From assembly GCF_006345805.1 (NCBI RefSeq), contig NC_043015.1, positions 3,038,001 through 3,102,000 of the forward strand: DNA of 64,000 bases, given 5' to 3'. The notes beneath the pieces were generated by a model. It was not told the DNA's origin, searched no databases, and saw only the letters and a list, made by a program, of their open reading frames with translations. The DNA is from Octopus sinensis. Lineage: Eukaryota. The translations under genes and the position numbers were made by a program. Positions 1-12,462 of this stretch are shown here, in pieces; within the stretch, counting starts at the first letter, position 1, and every line of letters starts with the position of its first letter.

Positions 1-290
1 AATGCATGAGAGAGGGAGAGAGATAGATAGAGAGAAGCTTGGTACCATTTAAATAGTATAGAAGAGATGTTAAATTTCAATTTCATAAGTAAGAGATAAC
101 TTCCATTCTCAACTTACTCCATTCAACATCACTTCTTTTTGTTGAATACATTCTTTCTGTTCGTGTTCATACATAAGTGCATACATTGATACATTCCTAC
201 CTATATACAAATATGCATGCATACATTAACATACACACGCATATATATTATACATAATATATAGACACAAATCTTTATATAAATTCAAAC

Positions 291-327
<37 letters not shown>

Positions 328-1992
328 CTATATATATATATATATAATATATATATGTATGCTTCTCTATATATACACACCGTATATGTGTGTGTGCGTC
401 AGTGTGATAACAAACAAATAAATATCTATTTAATTGCATATAGAATGTTGGTTTACACATTTGTTATTTAAAGAAACAGCCATCACAATTTCTTATCTTG
501 TGTTCCGTTCCTTTAGCTACCAACTGGTAGATGTAATCATACATTTCTTTTTCTTTTTTTCTTTAGCTATGGCTTCTAGCTAAGAAATTCATTGATTTTA
601 CTTCACATCAATCAAAATGTCTGTGAGAAGAAAGAAATATAAAGAAAAAAAATAAAATTCACTTTTGAAACCACCTGCCTGCGCAGTTTACCGACTAGAC
701 GAAAATTAATCAACAGATAGACATCGGAGATAAAATCGCTTATTTGTGAAGAAAAACAACCATCCGTATTTAACTGCCAAACGACGGGGAATTATGTAGA
801 CGAAAGTTTAGTTGTAGACAGAACGTATATTCACAAAAAATTATGAAATAAAGAATATTTATCGACCCTATGACACAAAGAACAATTACGTATTGTAAAT
901 GAAACTAAAAGAAACAAAAGATTGGTACGAGCATTAACGACAACTATAATAGAGTATTCGCTTGATATGCCTACGTCTGAAAATCCAATCGATTTTGATT
1001 TCTTAACGCCAAATAAGACACATCATTTTTCTACTACCGACATGAGTATTTGCATCATTGCTTTATATTTTAATTGCAAACTTATATACAATATACCGCA
1101 AAGCGAATACCTGATTAGTGCTATTGGATGACATGTATAACTCACTAAATTTTAGTCTCTGAACTTTGAGCAAATCGCATTGCAGATAACGGAATGGTAA
1201 TCAATATTCGTGTCCTCAAGTTGACGTTGTACAAACTAGCATTCAATAAAATTTGAAATAAGTGGTTATAACATCATGAAATATTAAATACACGAAAAGG
1301 TGTTTCACGTACATTGAGTTGATCTGGAAGGTTGTGAGACATCGGTAAGTGCTGTCAGTGAAAAAGCAACGCATGATACAGTTGTAAAGTAAGTTGTTCC
1401 TTCTCACAGTGACAGGGATGCAATGAGACGAATGAGAATAAAGGACGTGAGTGTATTCTCAAGGAGCTATTATCCACCCTAATTCTTAAATCCACAGACA
1501 CACTTTATATTTGGATGTGTATTTTAGAACATAAAGCAAAATTGATCATCAAATCTCAATAGGGTATTCTGAAATTTCATATGTTAAGCTGCAGAAAACA
1601 ATGATAACAGAAAACAATCACTTCATTGTCGAGTCACGCAAAACAACTTACAAAGGAGACACTGCGGCAAACTCATAAAAAAACAGATACCTTTACACAC
1701 ATTCATATGTGTACGTACTTATCTACAAGCATACGTATATGTAAGCGCGCATTTATTTACGTATATATGTACGCGTGTATAGGTATGTATCTTTACACCT
1801 GTATGTCTATTATATATATATATATATATACAGATATATGCACAAATATACATGTGTGTTTTGTGTGTGTGTGTATGTATGTATATATATATACATATGT
1901 ATATATATGTATATTATATATTATATATATATATATATGCTTTAATATATATTTATTATTATTATTTAATTGAAAACGACGCATCCATTTTC

Positions 1993-2290
<298 letters not shown>

Positions 2291-2913
2291 ATGTTATGAT
2301 ATATTACACACACACGTGTGTGTATAACACATTTTGAAGGGAATAATTGATCATGACACCGAGGTTTTTGCTGTCATATCTTCCACTCAATTCGCGTTTC
2401 TTGTTTTGCTGAAGGGATTACGAACTCTTTCGCAAATTTTTCTCTCGTGGTGGGGTGATATATATAAAATAGCTATTGCCTGTATAAAATGTAATACTAT
2501 GCTGTAGTTACCTCGGAAGAAGTGATAGTGTTGGTTATGAGGGTTTTGTCTGATGTTTTGCGTCTTCATGAAAATATATTTTGTGTTTCGAATTGATTTA
2601 GTAATATTGTTTTTATTGAGGTCTCAGTCAAGAGTAACTTAAACTCTGCAATCAAATAACCTTGATTAAAATCCCCATTATTCTCACACATTTCTTTCGC
2701 TTTTCCTTCTTTTATTATTTATTTCTCTCTACGTGTGTACTCTCTACCCTGAAATATGCAACACACTTCTATCAGTGTATCGTACTTCGACACGATTATA
2801 ATCCACAACCTTTCGTTTCAAGATACCAATATTGCCTCTGAATTTTCTTTTTATTTACTAAGGTTTGCCTGAGGAAAACCTTCTTCCTACATTTCGATTC
2901 CTGAATCTCTCTC

Positions 2914-2967
<54 letters not shown>

Positions 2968-2991
2968 CGCACAAAAACACAATACATAATG

Positions 2992-3037
<46 letters not shown>

Positions 3038-3669
3038 GCGAGAAAGAAGCAACAAGAATGGATAGGTTTGTTAGTACAATCGTTTCATACAAGACAGGCT
3101 TTATTAAAAGTTGTAAAATTACAGCATATAAACGTGTCCCGTACTCATCAGCTAAAATACATGTGAGTTCTCTAGACATCCTAGTGGTTGAGGCTATACT
3201 CATGAAGTAATGTAGATAATTAAGTAACATAAACATATTTCCAAAGTTCATTAAAGTTCTTTAAAGATGATGTACAGTCTTATCACAGAATTTTAAAAAA
3301 GTTCTAATAGCATCACAGAGAAGGTGACCTAATCCATAGAGCACATATGAATTTCCAGAGATATGATGAGGGATTACATACTCACAGAAGATTGTTGTGA
3401 TTAACAATGGATAAATTCTGTGATAAGACTGTACATCATCTTTAAAGAACTTTAATGAACTTTGGAAATCTGTTTATGTTACTTAATTATCTACATTACT
3501 TCATGAGTATAGCCTCAACCACTAGGATGTCTAGAGAACTCACATGTATTTTAGCTGATGAGTACGGGACACGTTTATATGCTGTAATTTTTACAACTTT
3601 TAATAAAGCCTGTCCTTGTATGAAACGATTGTACTAAAAACCTATCCATTCTTGTTGCTTCTTTCTCGC
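3038..3669. repeat. Long inverted repeat (fold-back): arms 3038-3293 and 3413-3669, 119-bp spacer
   Basis: gcgagaaagaagcaacaagaatg... at 3038 is the reverse complement of ...cattcttgttgcttctttctcgc ending 3669; only a few mismatches/indels; the ORF track shows the same peptide (MNFGN.FMLLNYLHY...) on both strands; left end abuts (TA)n. Confidence 0.95.
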
Positions 3670-3827
3670 TTATAATCACCCCACATTACTGTATTGTTAA
3701 AACAGTATAGTTTTTTTGGTGCATCTAAGTTAGTACCATATTCAAGTAAATTCATTTAAATTAACTTGAATCTTTATGCTTTTTGTATATATATTATATA
3801 GATATATATATATATTATATATATATG

Positions 3828-3867
<40 letters not shown>

Positions 3868-3979
3868 ATATTATAATATACGACGGGATTCTTTCTTTTA
3901 CCATCTATCAAATCTACTCACAAGGATTGGTCGGCCAAATACACTTACCATAGTGGTACGCATATATGTGTGGTAATAT

Positions 3980-4038
<59 letters not shown>

Positions 4039-4186
4039 AAGATATAGATATATACCATTTATTTATATATAGGTATATATGAAGTTTCTGCATGTGCATT
4101 TTTGTAGTTGAAAACCTTTTCGGATTATTAATATATACAATGTAAAAGAAAAGTTCGGAAATTTTAATATTAAACATTTCATTAAA

Positions 4187-4606
4187 ACAGCTAGCTGGCA
4201 GAAACGTTAGCACGCCGGGCGAAATGCGTAGCCGTATTTCGTCTGTCGTTACGTTCTGAATGCAAATTCCGCGGAGGTCCACTTTGCATTTCATCCTTTC
4301 GGGGTTGATAAATTAAGTACTAGTTACGTACTGGAGTCGATATAATCGACTTAATCCATTTGTCCGTCCTTGCCTGTCCCCTCTGCGTTTAATCCTTTGA
4401 GGGTAGTACAAAAAAAGGTGTTTCGTCTGCCGCTATATTCTGAGTTCAAATTCACTCGAGATCGACTTTGCCTTTCATCCTTTCGGGGTCGATTAAATAA
4501 GTACCAGCTACGCACTGAGGTCGATATAATCGACTTAATCCGTTTGCCTGTCCTTTCTTGTCCTCTCTGTCTGTGTTTAACCCCTTGTGGTTTGTGAAGA
4601 AATAAG
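4187..4606 (+). mobile_element. Two adjacent copies (one 5'-truncated) of an octopus tRNA-derived SINE (family 'B' here)
   Basis: gctggcagaaacgttagcacgccgggcgaaatgcgtagcc...(g)ttcaaattcc...gtcgactttgcctttcatcctttcggggtcgat..aagtaccag motif, repeated at 11270-11647, 42921-44080 and 55381-55610; B-box-like GTTCAAATTC; central segment resembles the MetaSINE-type conserved domain (from memory). Confidence 0.85.
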
Positions 4607-5447
4607 TATTTCGTACGATCGGGGCCGAAAAAATTAATAGCATTTGCGTACTGGATTCGATCCAATCGACTTTCCTAATCCCCCAAAATTTCGGGTCTGT
4701 GCCTAGACTAGAAAGGAATATTAAACATTTAAATGATTCAGATAGACATAACGGTTTAGAGTAGAAAGTAGCAGTGTTTGGCGGAAATAATCAACAGAAA
4801 CAATCATCCCATAAATTATATTTTACAAATTTTACCCGTACAATATATAAACCAGTACATTGTATATCTATCAAATTGGACTAAACAGTCACTATAGAAA
4901 GAAAATAACTAAGTTTCAATACCATTATCCAGGTTTCACTGGAAGCATAAAAAACAAACATTCATCAGACGGTTGAATATTCGTTTATACTTGAATAACG
5001 TGATTTACACTGAATAACGTGATTTACACTGAATAACCAAGTTGGTTGTAATATGACAGAGAGTTTAGGAAAATTAATAAAATCTAGAATATTCCGCATT
5101 AACAAAAATATGGCCATCAATCGTAAAATAAACTGATCCTTGAAATTTTGAATTGCAAATCACACTAATGGTATTTGACATTCCGTATATTTTCTCGATA
5201 CAACTGCTGATTCAAAAAGACGTTTCCTGTCGAAAATCAATATTTCAATTCCAAACTGGCCTTGCTTCTCGCGTACCTTTTTTTTCTCTAATATCGCTAT
5301 TCCGGAGAATTTATTTTATATTAGGATTATTTGCACAGTGGTCCCTTGAATTAGTAATGTTACTGATTATTTTCAAACATATCTGCAGACACATTAGAAG
5401 GAAAACGCGTTAGGAACATTATTCGTCTTAACTTATTTCCATCACAG

Positions 5448-5542
5448 TCGTATATTTGGCAAAAAATGATACCAATGTCCGGACAAGAAGAAGTATCGGA
5501 TCATCTATAAATATTGAATGGATGGCAATTACTGAAATGCAA
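5448..5542 (+). CDS. Candidate isolated internal exon (VYLAKNDTNVRTRRSIGSSINIEWMAITEMQ)
   Basis: Acceptor ttatttccatcacAG, donor CAA|GTAAGT, 95 nt, open in phase 1->0, contains a furin-like RTRR site. No homology recognised. Confidence 0.25.
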
Positions 5543-6592
5543 GTAAGTTTGTGAAGTCATTGAGCTTTCGAAAGCAACGCAAAGGGTGTGACCACTTAAA
5601 TGTAAACATATAAACCAATATCCACGGAAGTGCGATCTGACTAATAATATATTATTTACGTTTCCGACATGATGCCAAATACTAACTCAAAATTAAATAT
5701 TGACTTACAATCCTTTCGTTTCAGATATAGTTACTGCTATCATCTGTAATTATGAAGAAAGAAGATTTGAAATACTAGCGTATGTTTGTCACCAAACTTA
5801 TTACTCATGCAGTCTAAAAATAATAATATAAAAATAACGGTTATTACCTTTGATCGAATATAACAAAAATCCTCAATAATCTTCTGATCCGTTCATTTCA
5901 AAAAATATTTCAAGTAATATATTTTACTAAAATTTCACATATTCTGAATTAACTTCTACTAATAGCCAAAATACTGTTAGAACAAATATGATTCTTTGAG
6001 AAAAAACGTCAGCTAAAATTCTATAAAGAGATATTTCAATATCATATCCATCATAATTTTTGTAAATTGTGGTGATAAAATTAGTTGAATGAATAAATGA
6101 TTTTAATATATTTTACTTTATAATTCGGAGTATATGTCTCGATACTTTTACAATTTTAATTTTCTGTCAACGTGAAATCAAATATAGCTTGTAAAGACAA
6201 TGGTTTCTGTTCAAGCAATTTGATGCCGCAATACGAGGCGAGTACATTCATAGTAATTCTGCAAATATTATCCCATCGATTCCTAGATTATATTTCGTAG
6301 AGTAGTTGTTAGTTAAATATCAATAGCATATACCATTGAAGTAAAAGAATTGCATATCACGGAAACTAAGTATTTGTTATGTTTCAGTAAAGCATACTTT
6401 ATCCCACGAATAATGTCATATGCATACATGTACATACATACATAGGCAAATATACCAGACGTGACACGGGATTAAAATGGCATATTGTGCCCGCACACAC
6501 ACTCACACGCACACACACACACTCATATATATATAATATAAATATATATGTATATATATCTAAATATATATATGTATAATGTATATATATAT

Positions 6593-6648
<56 letters not shown>

Positions 6649-6729
6649 TATTATATATAATATATATATATAAGATATATGCATACAATATATATTGTAC
6701 AGTTGTGCTGAAACAGGTGAAACAGGAAG

Positions 6730-7308
6730 GAGCAGCATCGACGAAAAAACATTTGTGAAGGACGTTTTAAAGCATTTGTTAAACAGCAATTTGAGTTTAG
6801 CACACCAATTTGGACAGAATTATCATTTTTTAAAGGAATGGGATGTATCATATCTCAAAGCAGCTTCAGGACTTGTGAAGAACGAATTTGTACGCCGTCT
6901 GTCTCTAAGAATAATTTTGTTGATCCTCTAAATAATCTGGCGTGCTAAATGTTATTTTAACGTTTCAGAATTAAGTGCTGCAGCATGTCTTTGCTGTTCT
7001 TGGGTAAGTCGCTTTCCCCTTCTCTTTTGATGTCCTGCAGCATATATTTGCTGATGTTGAAAACGTCTGCTCTCTCTTCTCTCATGAGACTGTATTTCAC
7101 GTGATGCAGCACACGTTTGGCCATGTTTGGAAAGTGTCATGTCCCTTCTGTATTGTGACTCAGTCCGTTTCCCTACACAATGTCTTTTGCAGATATTGAA
7201 AGCTGTCTCATGTCCCTTACCTATTGAGACTTCTCGCCTTCGATTTTTTGCATTCTTCATTGTTTTGTAAGTCTTTCTGGAGAGATTAACTCTTTCCTTT
7301 GGTGGCAT
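6730..7308 (-). pseudogene. Helitron RepHel N-terminal fragment (degenerate)
   Basis: MPPKERVNLSRKT... start (ATG 7308-7306), R/E/Q-rich STPR-like repeats (SHERRESRRFQHQQ..RLTQEQQRHAAA), then AALRYDTSHSF / NSVQIGVLNSNCCLTNALK...CCS, matching the Helitron AFxYDP...V.IG.M...C..C.ALK...CC motif; contains a stop and frameshift; truncated at a (TA)n tract. Confidence 0.7.
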
Positions 7309-8617
7309 ATGATGATCATGGGAGACATATACATTAATCTCTAGTTTTGTAAGCAGTTGTATGTATGTAGCATGTCTATATTTTTCTACGCAGTATAAAT
7401 TAACCAAATATAAGCAAATTGTAAACACTTTAGAAAATTGCAGCTTCTGTGATAATTAAGGACTATATTTTTTTTTATAAAACTTGGACCTACAGCATAA
7501 CCTTTTTCAACTCCTGTCGCTCTCGTCCCATGCGTATATGTATGTGTAGATTTATGTTTGTGCATAATAACGTAATTAACGGGCGCATAAACGCACCCAA
7601 TCTAACAGACACATACACATTCATATACAAAATGTGACGAAACGCACACATATACAGTCACATACATATGGTAAGAGTGACATATAGAGACATACATTCA
7701 CGCATATCATTCTTGATACGTGTATATGTATATGTCCAGGTGTATGCGTGTTTAGTAACGTACCTAATGCGGAAACACACACTGTAAGAGAGATATACAT
7801 ATTTATACACCACACACATACACTTAGAGTCATGTGCACTCATATATGTGACGTCGTCTTCGTATATGTAGTATAAAATGTCCTTTACTATCTCGTACCT
7901 ACTGAACTTCCAAGCACACGTAAGTGAAAGTATAAATGTGAAAATATATATCACACAAAGACATCAATCTCTAAACAGAAATTCCAAACTCCATTTCATT
8001 CTAGAAGAAAATAGCTTGAGTGAAAGACCTTGAGACACTTTAGGATATCATTTTCTAACGCATCAACAATGGGTGGCGAGTTTGAATTCTCATTGTTTAG
8101 TAATGAAGGCCGATTCAGAATGGTTATCAATAGAGGGAGAAATGTAAATAGGGCATTTAAATCGAGGGAGAGACAAAACTTAAATTACAGCAATGTTATA
8201 GCGGGAGCGTATAAATAACGTGAATAGAAACATGTTTACGCACGACAAAACTGAAACACGCTGCAGTCAATTTTCTGAGAGGAAGCGATAGATAGAGAGA
8301 GAGGGAGGAAGAGAGAATAAAAGAGATATAAACTGAAAAAGAACTGTTACAGAGGGAGAGAGGAGAAAATAAATGTTAGCAAGAGAAACAGCAAATGAGG
8401 ACAAGAGAGAAAAGACAGAAATAAGCAGAGAGTAAAACGAGATAATTGGTTGAAAACTGCAGAAGTCAAAACGAGATATTCGGTTGAAAACTGCGATTTT
8501 AAGACAGAAACATATGTGAAGCACATTTTCTCCCAGTTTCTCACTTTACGCAGTTGCTCTGAGCAAAATAGTATAGTGCACGAAAATAATTTGGAGATAA
8601 ATAATGTGTGTGTGTGC

Positions 8618-8669
<52 letters not shown>

Positions 8670-9802
8670 TCTATATATATCTATATATTATACCTTATAT
8701 ATATATATTATATATATATATATATATAATATATACATATATTATATATAACATAATATATATATATACATACATATAGATACATATATACGTATATAAA
8801 TATTTCTATATAAATGTAAATAATACTCATTAATAAAATAGAAAAAAACATTATATATTCATACTTGTATGTGTGTGTGCGTGGGAGTGTTCGTGCTTGT
8901 ATGTTCGTTCGTTCGTATCTATATGCATTTTAGTATATGCTTTCATGTTTGTATTTCTCTCACACCTTTTCATAAACTTAGTTATCACGTACTGAGGAAA
9001 CGTTTGCTGAGCATGGCTGTTTTTATACTCCTGTATGTTATTATATTGTAGACAATAACTGAAGTATGTAAAAGAACAAAATAATAAACCTCTACACACA
9101 AAATCATATGTGTGTATATATATATATGTATGTATGTGTGCATAAGTGTGTATGTGAGTGTACGGACGTGTTCTTCTTCGTATGTTTCAGCTGCAATACC
9201 TACAGGTATGCAATTATTACCGTCAGAATATTATATTTAGTAAATGTTATATTCTTTTACCTGAGTGTTGGGTTTCTTGGTTGTGTCTGATTATCTTAAG
9301 AAATGTGTGTATGAATCAGGTTTAAAATTGTCTGGGGTCCTATATTTATGATGCATTTAAAAAACTTTAATAAACCTATTTATATGCAAATGGAAGAAAA
9401 TCAGATAATCTTTGGCGGGATATTGAGGATTGTATTGTTATTACGGTGTCATTCAATAATAAAACAAAAAGATAATTCAAAAATATATTCGCCCCATTTA
9501 TACGTAGCTTGTATGATAATAATTCCTTAGAAATATAAGGTAGCATAGCAACATACCACACCTTTCAATTACGAGTAAATGTATACCAACGAATATAAAA
9601 ATGCACGCACATACATACACCCATTTCCACATGAATCGAGAAAAGATTACATTAAAAATATTAAATATCACGCGCCAGTATATTTTATTTTAATTCAAGC
9701 ATACAATATTCATATTCCAATTCCAACATTCACACACATGTATATATACATATATACATACATATATATTTATATTTATATATACATACACACACACATA
9801 TA

Positions 9803-9858
<56 letters not shown>

Positions 9859-9904
9859 CGTTATATATATACCGTTATATATATATATATATATATTACC
9901 GTTA

Positions 9905-10301
9905 GGCGCAGGAGTGGCTGTGTAGTAAGTAGCTTGCTTACCAACCACATAGTTCTGGGTTCAGTCCCACTGCGTGACATGTTGGGCAAGTGTCTTCTGC
10001 TATAGCCTCGGGCCGACCAAAGCCCTGTGAGTGGATTTGGTAGGAGGAAACTGAAGGAAACCTGTCGTATATATGTATATATATATATGTATGTATGTGT
10101 ATATGTTTTTGTGTTTGTGCTTGTCCCCCCAACATCGCTTGACAACCGATGCTGGTGTGTTTACGTCCCCGTCACTTAGCGGTTCGGTAAAACAGACCGA
10201 TAGAATAAGTACTGGGCTTACAAAGAATAAGTCCCGGGGTCGACTTGCACGACTAAAGGCGGTGCTCCAGCATAACCGCAGTCAAATGGCTGAAACAAGT
10301 A
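9905..10301 (+). mobile_element. Octopus tRNA-derived SINE (family 'A' here), full length
   Basis: ggcgcaggagtggctgtgt.gtaagtagcttgcttaccaaccacat.gttc.gggttcagtccc head (A/B boxes), internal (TA/TG)n, tail ggcggtgctccagca..gccgcagtcaaatg.ctgaaacaagta; closely matches 25409-25862. Confidence 0.9.
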
Positions 10302-11269
10302 ATATATATATATATATATATTAATATAATATATAATATATTATATATATATATAAAATGTGGTAAGGAGGATATAGCAGTTCGTATAGAAATGCAAGGT
10401 TCGATAACTGCTTCGGCTATGATGTAATGCACTAGATGATTTGGTTGCATCCACCTTGGTTCTATAACACTAATGGGGCATACAACACTGGGGAATGCAA
10501 CTCCCCATAAGAATAGAGTATTAGTTGAAACACATTCCTTAAGTGTTGTGCCAATTTTTTTTTTTTTTTTAATATTTTAAAATTTACAATGAATAAAATT
10601 GTGTACGACGTTCGAACAATGATATAAAAGGGAAAAGAAAATCCTGAACGATGTTTGTTTTTTTGTTAAAAATTGCAAAAGTCGGCCTGATCAAGAGGCA
10701 TATCTTCGCGAAAGGCATTTTCTTACAAGGGAAAAATAAAGAAAAATATATAAGACATTCTATTGTGAAACACTGCCCAGCAACGACGGTCTATTCAGAT
10801 ATTATACTATATAAATTATATTTCAACGTATTTTGCATTTGCATTCTGTACTTCTTTATCGACTGAATGATCCGATAGAACACTAGAATGTACGTTGTAC
10901 AATATCGAGAAAATTTCCTGTTTTCAGACATGTGAATTTAGGATAGTGTATTTATGTTAAACATCGAGAGGTTTTGATGCTTTCGCACCTATAAACAATT
11001 TCGTCTTTTGTGTCTATACACATATTTATTGTGATCTTTGGCATTGGATGGTATCTTTTAGATTGATCTCGGTATCTTCTTAATCTGACTATGTATGTCG
11101 GTCACTACTCAATATAAGTTTGTATAAAATAATTCAGTTATCACTAAATCTGCATATCATGCTTTTATTGATTTAAATATTTGTTCATACAAATACTAAG
11201 GATAAATGTGTTTAAAAATCGTTATTGATTACAAATTTTGGCACACGACTAACAACTTCGACGCCCGTA

Positions 11270-11647
11270 AAGACGATTACATCAGATCCATTATTCAACT
11301 AGTACTGTTTAATCGATCCCCAAAGGATGAACTGCAATGTGAAAGTCGGTGAACTCGGAACAAAAAGACGGATGAAGGACCACGAAATATTTTGCACAAC
11401 GTACACAGGTTTCTTATTTCTTTATTGCCCACAAGGTGCTAAACATAGAGGGGACAAACAAGGACAGACAAAGACATTAGGTCGAATACATCTACCCCAG
11501 TGCGTAAATGGTACTTATTTAATCGACCCAAAATGGGATGAAAGGTAAAGTCGACCTCGGCGGAATTTGAACTCAGAACACAGCGGCAGACGAAATACCT
11601 CGAAACATTTCGCCCGACGTGCTAACGTTTCTGCCAGCTCACCACCT
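11270..11647 (-). mobile_element. Family B SINE (near full length, 11405-11647) plus a degenerate fragment (11270-11375)
   Basis: Reverse complement of the family B motif (gaaaggtaaagtcgacctcggcggaatttgaactcagaac...gctaacgtttctgccagctc). Confidence 0.85.
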
Positions 11648-12462
11648 GTAGTGAAGTACTTCACCATTTATTGAAGTTCCAATTCCTTGAGGTGTAAGTG
11701 ATTCGGATAGAGACAAAACACATAAAATATTATCTCTGAGACAAAATCATGATTGAACCAATGGGAAATGTTAATGTATATTTCATTTTAAAATCAATTG
11801 ACATTTAGAGATGGAAAATTATCTCGCAAATTGAATTCATATTTTCTTAATAATCGAATAGATTTAATTGAATGAAGTTTGTAAATCATCAAGATGGCAG
11901 AGTAATATTCGTATTGTCTACACAGCCAAAACCATGTCCGTTGAAGTTACAATCAGTAACGAATTTCAATTCGGATAATTTGATTTGTAACCGAAAACAA
12001 ATTTTATTGATTCCTTGAATGATAAATAAGAAAATAGTATAGACATAGTGGAAGTATTACTTGAAAATTGAAGACGGATCATTTGTGTATGACCTGAGAG
12101 TGAACTGAATATATAAATGTTACAGAATTATGCTGCAAACCTTAAGATCATTAATCTGTACCTATGAATGTGGTCTCTAAAGGGAACGAAGTAAAAATAA
12201 CGTGACCGAAGACGATAATAAATGCATTTAATATCCAACAGTAGACGCGATCATGCTAACGAGAATTACTTCTAAAAAGCGTTGTGCAATATCCTACCAA
12301 AGCCGAGGCGAGGACAGTTTCAGTTTATTCGCAAACTCATGTATGGGCTTCGTAATATTTGATTAATGAATGAATGAATGACATGGAGAGGACACACACA
12401 TTTCACAAATAAATTCGTGACATATTCACTGATTTCTTTTTAATAGATGATGAAATATAATA

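Noticed and set aside
4992-5037. 19-bp direct repeat x2.4 (tgaataacgtgatttacac); also a ~36-bp duplication at 18400-18471
   Set aside because: No spacers, eukaryotic context: simple slippage duplications, not CRISPR.
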